Positions 21,001-31,244 of a stretch of 37,249 nucleotides of DNA are shown here, one piece after another. Origin of the DNA: Catajapyx aquilonaris (taxonomy: Eukaryota); NCBI GenBank assembly GCA_000934665.2, contig JYFJ02003819.1, positions 1-37,249 of the forward strand, given 5' to 3'. The notes beneath the pieces are model-generated. The model did no database searches, had not been told where the DNA came from, and worked only from the letters and a program-made list of their open reading frames with translations. Numbering within the stretch: the stretch's first letter is position 1; each line of letters begins with the position of its first letter. Made by a program: the position numbers and the translations under genes.

Positions 21001-24000
21001 ACTGATTTTCTGGCCCCCACCCCATCAGGAGTGCTTAGGTATCCTGCCAAAACCGCCTGTATGTTATCAATTTGCCATGTGGAAAGGCCATGTCCCCTAA
21101 AAGCAATTCCCATATGTTGCTGAGGCTTGGAGAAAGCTCCCCATATCAAAATTGGAATTTCAATATCCAAATAGACCTGTGAGGATGAACCCATATTTAT
21201 GAGTAGAAAAATTAACCAGTTTTTTTTTTAAATTATTGGGTTAGTGCACCACCTTATTTGGGCATCTGGCAGGGTACCTTTTTTTGCTTAACCCTCTGAC
21301 TCTCGCCGTCTCCCCGCATGACTCATCAAGCGTCACTGCATGACATAATCGTAGAAAAAAAAAATATCTCACCATCTCGGCATGTTAGCCCCATTCCGCC
21401 TATATCATTCGAACTGCATTCAGTGGCTGCTCCCGCCAACTCTACTGTGCCAGTCCCACAGTCTAGGCCGTGCATAGCATAACAGCTATAACTTTTTATG
21501 CAACTACTCGTGGGTCGGAAAAAACGTAGCGGTGAAGTATATGGGTTCAACGAACGATTCTATGCCGAATATTGCTTAGAAACCGATCTATTAACCTTTT
21601 CACTCCCAGATAGGACCGAACCACGTGGATATTCACTGAAGCATACTCCGAAGATACATACAAGATATTTTACAAATTGTAACAGCTATACTTACCCAAT
21701 CAGGGAAAACACTATGAATGTGTCTGGAACAATTTTACTCGTCTAGAAGTCCCTAAATTAATTTACAAAAAAAAAGCTATAAGAACTCTACATTGGAGTA
21801 CTGCCGACCAACTGTTAGGCTTATTTAATTATGAAATATGCTAAAATATACGGAACAACAACCTTGAGAACCATGCCAGATGAATTTGCTGAAATCGTAG
21901 TACTTTGCGAGAGATCAATTCATACTTATTTGCGGCTTTCTGGCACTTCGGAAAACTCCCAAGTTGATTTACTTCTTGCGAAGTGTCAAAGAGCTGCAAA
22001 GAAGTATGAATTTATTTCTCGTAAAGCACGACGATTTCAGAAAATTCGTCTGGCACGGTTCTCAAGGTTATTGTTCCATGTATTTTAGCGTATTTCATAA
22101 TTAAATAAGTCTAACAGTTGGTCGGCAGTACTCCAATTTCGAGTTTTTATAGCCTTTTTTTGGGAAATTAATTTAGGGACTTCTACACAAGTAAAATTGT
22201 TCCAGACACATTCATTGTGTTTTCCCTGATTGGGTAAGTATAGCTGTTATAATTTGTAAAATATCTTGTCCATATCTTCGGAGTACACGTAATCCCAAAT
22301 CTACATGGTTCAGGCCTATCTGGTAGCATAGGGGTTAATTCCTAAATTCCAATAATTATTGAGCTAGGCTTCATACAATCTCTATCATTGCGCATTAGGG
22401 TGGCTCAAAAAAAATATTTTTGCAAAAGTTGTAGTTCGCTAGTGAAAAAAAGTTGTGTTGGGCGATTCTTTTGAAGGGTAAAAAATCTGAGTCATGTGGG
22501 TTGCATATCAATCAAGTTTCAGCCACATTGCGCAATACCATTGGGAGGGAAAAAAATCGAGAATCTTTAAAATGGCCGAAAATGAGGCCTTTTTTGGATA
22601 TTATTTTTTTTCGGTTAGTGGAAGTGGTCAAAACCCATCGAACATATAATTATATCAAAAGAAATAGAAACACCAGGAGAATGAGCCTATGGAATTAGTT
22701 TTTCTCTGAAATGTACAGTGTAACTAAAATTTATTTTTACATTTCATTGGTCACTTGCTCAGACCCATACCCAAGAATTAGGACCCTGACAATTAGTGAT
22801 GTATTTGAGTTACATCAGTTGTATTTGGTGACATTAGTTGTGACCAACACCAGGTTCAGTATGTTAAGTTTGAGGCCTGGGCCATGCATGGTTCTCCAGA
22901 AAATAATAGATATAGAGTGGAATTTTTGTCTCACTGATAGTCACTGCTAACTTATCAGTACCATTGCCAACACTGGTACTGCTACGTTAGCAGTAACTAT
23001 CAGTGGGACAAAAATTCAACCCACATTTTGCAGATATAGCATTAATGTCACTGTTCTACGAAAGTATTTTGTAGAACAGTGACATTAATGCTATATCTGC
23101 AAAACATATTTATTATTTTCTGGAGAACCATGCATGACGCAGGCCTCAAACTTAACATACTGAACCTTGTGTCAGTGACAACTAGTGTCACCAAATTCAA
23201 CTGATGTAACTCAAATACATCACTAATTGTCGGGGTCCTAATTCTCGGGCATGTGTCTGATCAAGTGACCAATGAAATGTAAAATTAAATTGTAGTTACA
23301 TTTCGACGCCTAAGAATTATATTGTCGTATGTCCAATGTTTGAGAGAGAAACTAAGTCTATAGGCGCATTCTCCTGGTGTTTTTCTTTCTTTAGATATAT
23401 AATATGTTCGATGGGTTTTGACCACTTCCACTAACCGAAAAAAAATAATATCCANGAATTTTAAAAAGGCCTCATTTTCGGCCATTTTAAAAGATTCTCG
23501 ATTTTTTCCCTCCCAATGGTATTGCGCAATGTGGCTGAAACTTGATATGCAGTGTTACGGCATAGGTGTGTACATATGTGATTATTTTCACCAAGATCCG
23601 AGATGATCTGAAAAGATTTTGGCTCACTTGATTCGGAAAGACCCCTAGTAAACTGGTCCAAACTTTAAAACGACATATCTCAAAAACTAGAGCGGATGGA
23701 GAAAAACGGATGCCGGTTCTGGAATCAGCGCCACAGATATTCCCTCAAATCGGTCTAACCTTCAAGGCACCAAAATAAAATTCAATTTTGTTCCCCTGTG
23801 TAATTTTTGGCCCTGTGATTTTGGTCAATATACCGTCAAGGGTACAAGATATCGCAAAAATAAGGACATTTCACCCCATATGGGTCACAACTTTTCATTT
23901 TTAGGCAGGGTAAGTGTACTCGCACACCAAAAAGCGAAAACCTGGAAGTTGTGTCACTTACGCCCCTGGCAGAGCTTCAGGATATTAACCCACATGACTC

Positions 24001-25622
24001 CGATTTTTTACCAGTCAAAAGGATCGCCCAACACAACTTTTTTTCACTAGCGAACTACAACTTTCGAAAAAAAAATACATTTTCGAGCCGCCCTATTGCG
24101 CATTAAACATTTTCCAATATGGCCGCTGGAAGATTACTTAGTATCAAAATGTTGGATGAAACACTCCAGCAAGTAATTTTTGTTGTGAGTTCTCACTGTT
24201 TTGGTTGTGAATATGCCGAAAACCGCACTCATTTACTGCTTGTATAAGTTGCGCAAAAAATTCGCAGTGATTTACCGTAAAATACGGCGCCTGCGGCCAG
24301 AGGGTTATGGTGTACAGTAGCCTACCCTGCATTAATGGCTATGTACAGACATCGCCACCTGGCAGATATAAGCGGCTGTGGCTGCGTCAAAAATACTTAA
24401 GACAGTTCAAGAAATCGCGGTGGATTCAAACGCTTGCTACAAAGATGCATCATAGATATCGTATCTGTGGGATTGATTATAAGACCATTGCAATTCCTAT
24501 CAGTGCACTGAAGTTGTGAACCAGTTATTACACAAACCACGTGTATTGTTATTTCATGTTAATGTGCGGCTGTATGGGGGACTTTTTGGAGTGCATGTAA
24601 ACATTTCACTTTTTAATTCAGAAGTCATCTACAAGGAAGGGATAGGATCTGCTGTGCTTCACAAGAAATGTAATCCATTGCCAATCATTAGTCTGAGTCA
24701 TACAGGAGTTTCTTGAGTGACAGTTGTCGCCTTTACCCAATCTTTTGCACCACCCTTGCTTCGTTTTACTGCAGTGTATTAAAAACTAATGAATTTAACA
24801 GGGAAATGATAAGAGAAGAGTGATGCTGTTTACGCGCACTCCCAAAAGTCCCCTATACAGGCGCACATTAACAAGAGACAATAATATTACTAATAAGCAT
24901 TCTCGTGGTCCGTGTAATAACTGGTTCACAATATTGCAGTGTGAGAGGAATAGCAATTTTTTAATAATCCATCCCATAGTTACATACATACATACATTGC
25001 ATCACGACTTAATTCCCATAAAGGGGTAGCCAGCGGTGACCAGGTTATACCTGACCACTGCATATGATATACCTTATCTATGATCCATCTTTGTAGCAAG
25101 CGTTTGAATCCATGCCGATGTCTTGAGCAGTCTCGTGAGCAGTCTTGAACTGTCCATATTTTGGACACAGCTGTCGCCTCCCATTTCCTCCCAAGTGGCG
25201 ATGTCTGTGCATAGCCATTAATGCAGGGTAGTGTACAAGCATGGTTCTTTTCCATAATGCCTGGGTATTGCGAGCAAGGGAGAGTTTGCTGGGAGGGGGA
25301 TGTGCAGATGATGCAATCCCATTTTGTGTAGTCCCCTGGGTGGTTACTGTAGCTGAAATCCACACGACGTGAAGCCAGAGACAATGAAACTCCACACGAG
25401 ATGAGAAAGGGAAAGCCCAGGCATGGGATCAAACCAGGGACCTTTCTATCCGTGGGCACAGGCGTTACCACTGCGCTAATCTGCCTCCCCATTTTAAACT
25501 ATTTAACCAGTAGTCACATAAGAAACTGGCATATTATCATTTCACAAATGTGAACTTACATTGCAGAAGAAGTACGAAAAATGTGTGCAGCACATCTTAG
25601 TAACATATTCTTTCACGAATGA
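9012..25622 (+). CDS. CCZ1: Vacuolar fusion protein CCZ1 homolog (Mon1-Ccz1 Rab7 GEF subunit), 10 coding exons, 470 aa: join(9012..9095,9156..9253,11127..11220,14394..14603,14676..14851,17478..17633,17690..17838,17899..18160,19588..19715,25567..25622)
   Basis: Spliced translation is colinear with metazoan CCZ1: LLNFYVYNSTYGMKEGEEQKKILYYYP, SVGLSEALTRFT, SLHTQKMRQLFFQPEENFWMVM, FLPLDKQTFLRVQ, FMYNDQLIWSGL, FITGP, FIYFNRMNLAQKST, MSDCWVVGKQSDGREFYVVINQKNANLIEI, EEVRKMCAAHLSNIFF. All 9 introns are GT-AG with matching phases; total 1413 nt ending in TGA. Confidence 0.95.
9156..9253 (+). CDS. CCZ1: CCZ1 exon 2 (EQKKILYYYPSDVDLDTQMKSVGLSEALTRFT)
   Basis: Acceptor ctttttag|G; donor GA|gtaagt; preceded by a 60-nt intron. 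Confidence 0.93.
9350..10161. mobile_element. Non-autonomous hAT-like DNA transposon with 6-bp TSD; hosts a nested SINE
   Basis: Perfect 14-bp TIRs cagacctctcaact / agttgagaggtctg; direct repeat ctgcta at 9344-9349 and 10162-10167. Confidence 0.75.
9436..9802 (-). mobile_element. tRNA-derived SINE
   Basis: Minus strand: A box TGGCCGAGATGG, B box GGTTCGATCCC, A-rich tail; 12-bp TSD ggagatttcaat at 9424-9435 and 9803-9814. Confidence 0.88.
10228..10440 (+). mobile_element. Degenerate tRNA-derived SINE fragment
   Basis: A box tggtgtagtgg and B box gttcaattcc; 3' boundary uncertain. Confidence 0.5.
10465..10689. mobile_element. hAT-type MITE (225 bp)
   Basis: TIRs cagaggtggacacagctaact / agttagcttgtccagctctg; 8-bp TSD cctggctg at 10457-10464 and 10690-10697; subterminal agctaac repeats. 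Confidence 0.88.
11127..11220 (+). CDS. CCZ1: CCZ1 exon 3 (TFNPEQPCDSLHTQKMRQLFFQPEENFWMVM)
   Basis: Acceptor tttcag|T; donor ATG|gtatgt; strong match to CCZ1 SLHTQK...PEENFWMVM. Confidence 0.94.
11245..12071. mobile_element. mariner-derived MITE with ~260-bp inverted arms and a residual transposase HTH fragment
   Basis: TA|cgagggccag...ctggccctcg|TA; arms complementary over ~260 bp; centre reads, with frameshifts, INRRLVE..CGP..DVMSEQKVRQ, like a mariner N-terminus. Confidence 0.82.
11510..11599. mobile_element. PIF/Harbinger-type mini-MITE (90 bp) nested in the mariner MITE
   Basis: 31-bp TIRs agggcggtatccactgctcaatatcaagggg (one mismatch); TAA TSD at 11507-11509 and 11600-11602. Confidence 0.8.
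12577..13485 (+). mobile_element. Internally deleted, inactive mariner (DD34D) element
   Basis: TIR core ctatgcaaaagttcgtgc at both ends; HTH remnant HLRHCFLLFFNQGKTAAEA...QKWFENFR; catalytic remnant HHDNA*P...LPHPVYSRDISPLDYHLFRSMQH with 34 residues between the Ds; stops and frameshifts. Confidence 0.92.
13565..13716. mobile_element. PIF/Harbinger-type MITE (152 bp)
   Basis: ~40-bp imperfect TIRs aggtgcatttacatgtgagcgatttgacgagcgaaatcttc; TTA TSD at 13562-13564 and 13717-13719. Confidence 0.82.
13893..14058 (-). mobile_element. Small non-autonomous Helitron
   Basis: Minus strand starts A|TCttatac and ends cctgcgcgaagaacagg (decayed hairpin) + tatcctgCTAG|T; inserted in an AT dinucleotide with no TSD. 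Confidence 0.65.
14394..14603 (+). CDS. CCZ1: CCZ1 exon 4 (TLTVPVIS...FEYFFSR)
   Basis: Acceptor ttttcag|A; donor AGA|gtaagt; 70 codons inside ORF 14316..14651. Confidence 0.93.
14676..14851 (+). CDS. CCZ1: CCZ1 exon 5 (YLPTLKLNHADIMDIFQGIQFLPLDK...YNDQLI)
   Basis: Acceptor tttttcag|T; donor TG|gtgagg. Confidence 0.94.
15818..16103 (+). mobile_element. tRNA-derived SINE with V-SINE-like central domain
   Basis: A box tggccgagcgg, B box gttcgatcc; core ttctctccgtgttcgcgtgggttttctcggggttctcccatttcctcccac; (ATT)n tail; 15-bp TSD atattgggatcagtg at 15803-15817 and 16104-16118. Confidence 0.92.
16163..16534. mobile_element. Fully palindromic MITE (~370 bp), superfamily unclear
   Basis: acaagggaatgacc...tttggctgaaacttgcatgaggagt is mirrored by actcctcatgcaagtttcagccaaa...attcccttgt; complementarity runs almost to the centre. 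Confidence 0.8.
17089..17329. mobile_element. Tc1/mariner-type MITE (~240 bp)
   Basis: TA|cggggtgttccaagtt...aacttggaacaccctg|CA (decayed TA). Confidence 0.65.
17478..17633 (+). CDS. CCZ1: CCZ1 exon 6 (WSGLDQENTQVLYRYLVTTLLP...HYG)
   Basis: Acceptor tttgcag|G; donor AA|gtaagg. Confidence 0.93.
17690..17838 (+). CDS. CCZ1: CCZ1 exon 7 (FITGPTNLHDP...YRALSATACLLYD)
   Basis: Acceptor cttcag|G after a 56-nt intron; donor A|gtaagt. Confidence 0.93.
17899..18160 (+). CDS. CCZ1: CCZ1 exon 8 (QPTFDMYKKLDNFLGPQL...FIYFNRMNLAQKST...DINADLS)
   Basis: Phase-compatible acceptor cattag|CA; donor AG|gtatgt. Confidence 0.92.
19588..19715 (+). CDS. CCZ1: CCZ1 exon 9 (DSTTGEVVMKTMSDCWVVGKQSDGREFYVVINQKNANLIEIS)
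   Basis: Acceptor tatag|G; donor G|gtgagt. Confidence 0.94.
19864..20257. mobile_element. Tc1/mariner-type MITE (394 bp)
   Basis: TA|cagggtggaccaacttcaagtgtcgttttataacggc with a perfect 37-bp mirror at the right end followed by TA; arms extend imperfectly to ~120 bp. Confidence 0.9.
21595..22334. mobile_element. piggyBac-type foldback MITE (~740-bp palindrome)
   Basis: TTAA at 21591-21594 and 22335-22338; arms complementary over ~355 bp (e.g. aacagctatacttacccaatcagggaaaacac / gtgttttccctgattgggtaagtatagctgtt). Confidence 0.85.
22396..24095. mobile_element. hAT-type foldback element (1.7 kb) with a left-arm deletion and a nested ~110-bp MITE (~22914-23022)
   Basis: TAGGG termini; 8-bp TSD ttgcgcat at 22388-22395 and 24096-24103; 22396-22502 mirrors ~23987-24095 and 22503-23059 mirrors 23071-23550. 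Confidence 0.88.
24315..25233. mobile_element. Tc1-like MITE with ~300-bp diverged inverted arms
   Basis: TA-flanked; ctaccctgcattaatggctatg / catagccattaatgcagggtag; further mirrored blocks (tggattcaaacgcttgctacaaagatg, tgtgaaccagttattacac). Confidence 0.78.
25245..25490 (-). mobile_element. tRNA-derived SINE, head related to the 9436-9802 copy, 3' end unclear
   Basis: Minus strand ggggaggcagattagcgcagtggtaacg...aaaggtccctggtttgatcccatgcctggg (A and B boxes). Confidence 0.65.
25567..25622 (+). CDS. CCZ1: CCZ1 terminal coding exon (EEVRKMCAAHLSNIFFHE*)
   Basis: Acceptor ttgcag|AA, phase 1 compatible; matches the CCZ1 C-terminus EEVKKLCATQFNNIFFLD; TGA at 25620-25622. Confidence 0.93.
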
Positions 25623-26908
25623 GATGGTGTCTTCTTGGGATGTAAATGTGAATGCAACTAGAACATGTAAGTATTATAACAATGGCTATAGTAGTGGGTG
25701 CTTGAAAATTGCGATGTGTCATTTTGTATTCTTTACTGCATTCAATTTTTTCTGCAGAATGTCTGTAGAAATTTCAAGAGTACACAAGCAGATGTGTGTT
25801 TATCAGAAGACATGAGCAGAATCATCCTTTGGAATAGATGTTATAATGTCATAGATTAATTACAATCACTACTGCATTCCTGTTGATGAACTATCACTGA
25901 CTTAATTTATCCATATAATTTTATGATTTTTTAAACTTTTGCGTTGTAAAATTATTTATTCACTGAATTATGCCATAGGGGCTGTATGGGATCAGTGTAA
26001 ATATGGTATTTATTTTCCAACCTCATGTGGGTGTCACCCTTGGGCTCATGATAAAAATGTCTTCATCCCAATGCCTCCCAGATACAATACTCGTATTCAA
26101 ACATGTTGGAGCAGGCAATCACTACAACTGAACTACCTGGGTATCAGGATGAAAACATGAGTTCCCCACTTTCATCTCAAATGTGATGAAACACCTCCAG
26201 AGATTGAAGAAGTCAATACAACTGGGAAGGAAATCTTCGTCTAATTCAACTCTTATAACAATGTGAATTTAAACAGTTGGTTCAAAGATGGAGCCCAGGA
26301 ATGGACTTTTGTGGGGATTATGTATAGAAATATAAATATTTCATTGCCATATGTCTTGCTTTTTTTCCTTCAGACTATGATGAACTTTTATTACATCCCT
26401 TGTAAATTGAAGGGCTCCATGGAAGAAGGGGGTAACTAGATGGGAATTCCCATCTAGTTACCCCCTTCTTCCATGTTCCATGGAGCCCTTCAATTGTGGT
26501 ACGTACAGGACAGAACACTATCTTCCATCAGCAATGCATTCAGGCTACAGCAACATTAGTTGCTGTTGGTTTGTAGGGGTCAGTCATCCTGGCAAGTAAG
26601 CTAAATCCAAAAGGAAATGCACACCTTTTGCACTACACTGAATGGTTACCTTAGTAATGTACAGTATAACTGTAAATGTCATATATCATATGTAGGTAGT
26701 CATACAGTCTGGCATCCAACTTGAAGAATATGAAACATTTGAAGGCACTATATCAAACACAAATGCATAATTATCATTGCGGTTTCTGCCCCCAAGAATT
26801 GGAGTTTGCACAGAGGTAGGATGATTTCACTTATGAAACAGAGGTAAGTATTAATTAAGAATTTTCTGTGTAAGTAGAAAGCGTAATTACTGGGAAAGGC
26901 TGCATTTA

Positions 26909-27231
26909 CTTGCCCAAATTCAAAATAATTCTGCCACTTTGAAATCGTGGCCGCTCGATTTACGGAGAGGCGTCTCACGCTCATAAAACAACACCCAGGG
27001 TACCGGAAAGGTGCCCGCCAAAAAGGGTGGGTCCTGGCCCACGATTAAACTGAATATGGAACCTCTATAATAATTACTGTATTTTATACAAGGTATTTAA
27101 AGTATGTCACACAAGGTGCAGAATTATTCGACCATAGTGCTTGGTGTGTCGTTTTATGAGAGTGAGGCGCGCCTCCGTAAATCAAGCAGCCACGATTTCA
27201 AAGTGGCTGAATTATTCTGAATTTGGGCAAG
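26909..27231. mobile_element. TA-flanked MITE with ~85-bp inverted arms
   Basis: cttgcccaaattcaaaataattctgccactttgaaatcgtggc is mirrored at the right end. Confidence 0.78.
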
Positions 27232-27692
27232 TAACATCACTAGTTTTTACACGAATCAATGTTTACAAGCTTGTTATAACAGGTGCTATGACCCAGATCT
27301 TCGGAAAATTATGCTTGCATTTGTAGCGAAGAAAATTTCATGGATGGCCCTTACGAACTTGGCACATAGTTAGGTACAGTATATTATTAGAAAGCCCATT
27401 AAATTAGCTTTCCAGCAATGTAACTCTCTGCCACACTTGCAGGCAACAGGAGGGAGTGGAAATTACTGTCTGTGAGGTTTTTTTTTCCAGGGCTTTAATT
27501 AGACCAATTATTACAGAGAGCTTTTTAACAATTTTGGAACAAAATGTGTATATGTGAATATTGAAATCATTTTCTTGTCTCTCTGAGGAGGAAGGTTTGA
27601 ACTCTCGAACAATAACTTAATTGAGTAAGTATAACAAAATGTATGTTTGTTGAGATGGCCTTATTTGATTCTGATATCTTAAGGGCGAAACA

Positions 27693-28125
27693 CCTTTAAC
27701 TACGTAGGTGGAGCCTGAGAGGCTCCAACGGTATATTTAAATTTCTGCTTATCAACTAAATTGTTATATTGGACTTTCCACATACAGAAAGTGCAGTTCA
27801 GATCATTAGGCTTCCGAAAACGTAAAAATCACACGCTGAGTCAGCATATTCCGACAGGGAAAAATTTTTAATTAAAAGGTTACATCATGTTTGATCCGCT
27901 CAGGCTTCACCTGCATAGGTAGAGCCTGAGCGGTTCCAGGAGGAACCTGTTCCTCGTTACGAATTTTTTAAAACCAAACAATAGGGACTTTAAAAAAAAA
28001 TATTTCCTTTTCATGCTTAGGAAGGTTTTTCACGGAAGGACAGGGGAAAATAAAATTCATTGAAAAAGTTACATGCGTTTAAATAGTGCTTGGAGCCTCT
28101 CAGGCTCCACCTACGTAGTTAAGGG
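27693..28125. mobile_element. piggyBac-type MITE
   Basis: TIR ttaactacgtaggtggagcctgagaggctccaa mirrored at the right end, which finishes aggg|TTAA; left TTAA is lost; internal copies of the gagcctgag motif. Confidence 0.75.
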
Positions 28126-31100
28126 TTAAATATCTGGTCACACAGTGACTCCTTTTTTATATGCACCAGATGAAAAGGAGAAAACTGGAGAACACCAAGA
28201 AGACACCCATGAGAAAATCCCCCCACAAGAGAAAAGCCTCTGTACAATACTGTACTGTCCGATTAATGGAACGCTGAAACTCAGATGTGGATGGTTGTGA
28301 TGATAGCACCACCATGTCACTTGCCAGTTCCCATATACAGGGTGTTTCAGAAAGACACCGACAAACTTTTATGGTGACCCCAAATGCTAGCCAAAGGATC
28401 ACTTTATGTAGAGGTGCCATTTGGTATCCCCAACCTTGTTACCGAGTGGGCATTTTATACTGATTAGTATAGCATAATAATTATGGTATAGGTTTGCATC
28501 CATCCACATAAAAAAGTCTGACCTCTGGACAGCATGCAAGCATACAACCTTATACACAAGGGCATTCATTTAACCTCTCCTTGATAATGGCCCACTTTCT
28601 GTGTGTGCATCAAATGCATTGGGTGTATGTTGGGTGCATTTGATAGTCAGCTCCTGACCATATTTTACTTGGAGTTATAGTGGTATACCAGTTGCCTTCA
28701 GTCTTGCTATGGATACTACCAAGTGTGGACTGGGATAGTAGTGTAATGTACATAGCATCCATGTTGTCCCGTACCTGCTACCACTTTGCATGATGTCTCA
28801 TGGTGTTTCTGGAGCACATGTCACCAGCGCAGGCCTACCGAAGTTTATGGTAAGTCGGTGTAGAGCTAGTACACATGGCTGAAGGCATCATTTCAAATGG
28901 TTATTGTAATGGATACTTATACTGTGATAGCAATTACAGGTGCATTTTGTGTGCAAATAATGTTACCATGCAGTTTTTAAGTACGGTAGACTACAGTACT
29001 CTTAGGATCTCCCACTTGCACAATCTGACCTCAAATGACAGCGTAGGTTTGAATGATCCTGGTGTATGTTTAGATGCAAACTTTCTAGGATATGCTGCAT
29101 GGTGAAAAGCCTGTTACTTCAGTATCTTTGCTTTGGTGCAAAAACCGGATAAGTCCACATTTGGCATCTTCTGCATCTTTTGGTAAAAAATCAGGCTGTG
29201 ACGCCATCCACTGAGGAAGTACAGTCCTTCCCGAAAGTTTAGGACCACCCCACATCCAGAGGTTTTTAATTTCTCAAGCTTAAACTTACAGCTAGGAATT
29301 AAGTGTAAGGCACGGTTGAAAGCGTGTTCAAAAACGCTATAAAACAAAAAAGGGACGGTCATTCTAGGTTTGACGGAAACTGAGATTTTAATTGTTTTGT
29401 CTTCAAAATATCTGCAAAACTTACATTTTAAATTATACATATTTATTAATTAAGGTGACCATCAAGAATGACACGTGAGGTTTTTTTTCTCGTGACAGGA
29501 AATAAACGCAGAACATTGAAAAAAAAAATTCATACAACTTTTTAAAAATCTTTAACCTCCTGAGACCTGATGTCCAATATATTGGACATCAGGTCTCAGG
29601 AGGGTATACTCGAATAAGAATTTTTTCATTTCCGTCATTTTCCTCCCACAATCACCCAACAATTCACGTATTGTCAACAGCGCATAGCTTGAGAACCGAG
29701 GCTCCTACAGAGATTCGGTTTGGACCGGCCGCTTTGACAAAGTTTGTCAAAGCGGCCGGTCCAAACCATATCTCTACATGTTCGTGACAAAAAAAATAAA
29801 AAAATACAGTGACATCATACGTTTAGCGAAGAAGTCATGCCTGAATGTGACTTGCATTGATGTAAGTCATTACGTGCGACAGCAGTATACGGCTGAACAG
29901 AATGATGAGGTGTCTGATGAAGAATATGATGTGGTGATTTTGTAACACTAAATATGCGTATAATTCAGAAAAAAAAAGTTTGTTGATGTTCATAACAAAA
30001 CACAAATATTATATTTGGACGTGTCTGGTTCTCTCATTGGATGAAAAATCAAGACATGTCCACATTATATTATACTGTATAATGTGCAATATGCATAGTA
30101 TCATCAGTGAATGAAGTATTGTCCCGCCATGCGGGTTACAGTCTGGCCAGGATAACTTTGACCTCGCTCGTTTACCTTGGCTACTCTTTTCTAGCTGCGT
30201 TTACATCGGCTACTCGTTTCTGGCGGAGTCACGTGGTGGTTGAAGAGGGAGGGGGGATAGAGGGGGCATGAGAGGGGGGGACAACACGAGGTCGAGGTGC
30301 AGATAAGAGCCGATTCTGGAAATATTGAAGGGATATAAGTGGCGTGGCATTGAAGGGCGTGCACCGTACACGCGCGTTTGAATCAAGTGTCTCTCGGCCC
30401 GGATGACATATTATACAGCTCCCTTTATTTCGCCATATGGAAGAAGTCATGGACATTTTGTCATACCTATTGTCCTTTGCAATGCAATGCAGGGGCAATG
30501 CTGTCGCAATAATTGAGGGCCATTCACAGCCATTGCTCATTGCAAACGGGAGGTGGGGGAGGGGGGAGCGGGGGGTAAAAGTTGATGACATTTTTTTCCC
30601 GCGCTTTGGAAACTGTTAAGCGCGGAGACGTGGCCATTACAATTATTACGTGTAATCCACTAAGCTTACCCACAACGGACCTTTTCCAACTCCATATACA
30701 CTCCAGAAGGCAGGGGCACCGGGTCAGGTGTATTCCTCACATGCATAGCACTTTGAAGGGCGTGATGAGCAACATATGTTCGAATTACGCTGCCTATATT
30801 TAGTCATGCTCCATGCATTATTAAATGCATTTAAAAGGCGCGTGGGTGGGTGGGGGGCCTAGTCGATTGAGCCACAAGAAGCACCCAAGCAAGGTCGAAT
30901 TCCGATGAAAAGCATGGAGGCAGGCTGGTGTTACGCATCAGAGTGGTTAGAATGCTGCCCTTGCCTATGTCGCTCGGAAGCCCCTGGTTTCAGACCGGCC
31001 ATTAGTCGCAGGATTCCAGAGAAATCAGTTTGTTTTGGTGTGTTTCATTTCTTCTCTTGTCTAATAATCCCCCCTGACGATCTTTACTGATCAGTAACAA

Positions 31101-31244
31101 ACATCCGTCCGACATATTGGTTCCTTCTTCCTGCCTCATCCTCACCATGAACTCATGAAGGACATGCAAGAAAAAAAAAAGCAATTGCCAAATGCATCAC
31201 TATATGATGCACTTGCTGAATGCCGACTGACAGATCTAGCCTGC

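Noticed and set aside
22503..23550. Parvovirus/AAV-like T-shaped terminal hairpin
   Set aside because: No NS1/Rep or capsid remnant nearby; the T shape is explained by a small MITE inserted next to the apex of a hAT foldback with a clear 8-bp TSD
19864..25233. Long palindromes as whole-genome-amplification chimeras
   Set aside because: Arms differ by many substitutions and indels and have superfamily-typical termini and TSDs; this caveat remains open only for the short perfect hairpins
25758..25815. Alternative CCZ1 last exon after tctgcag or ctgtag
   Set aside because: Gives ECL* or EISRVHKQ..., unlike the CCZ1 C-terminus; the exon at 25567 matches well
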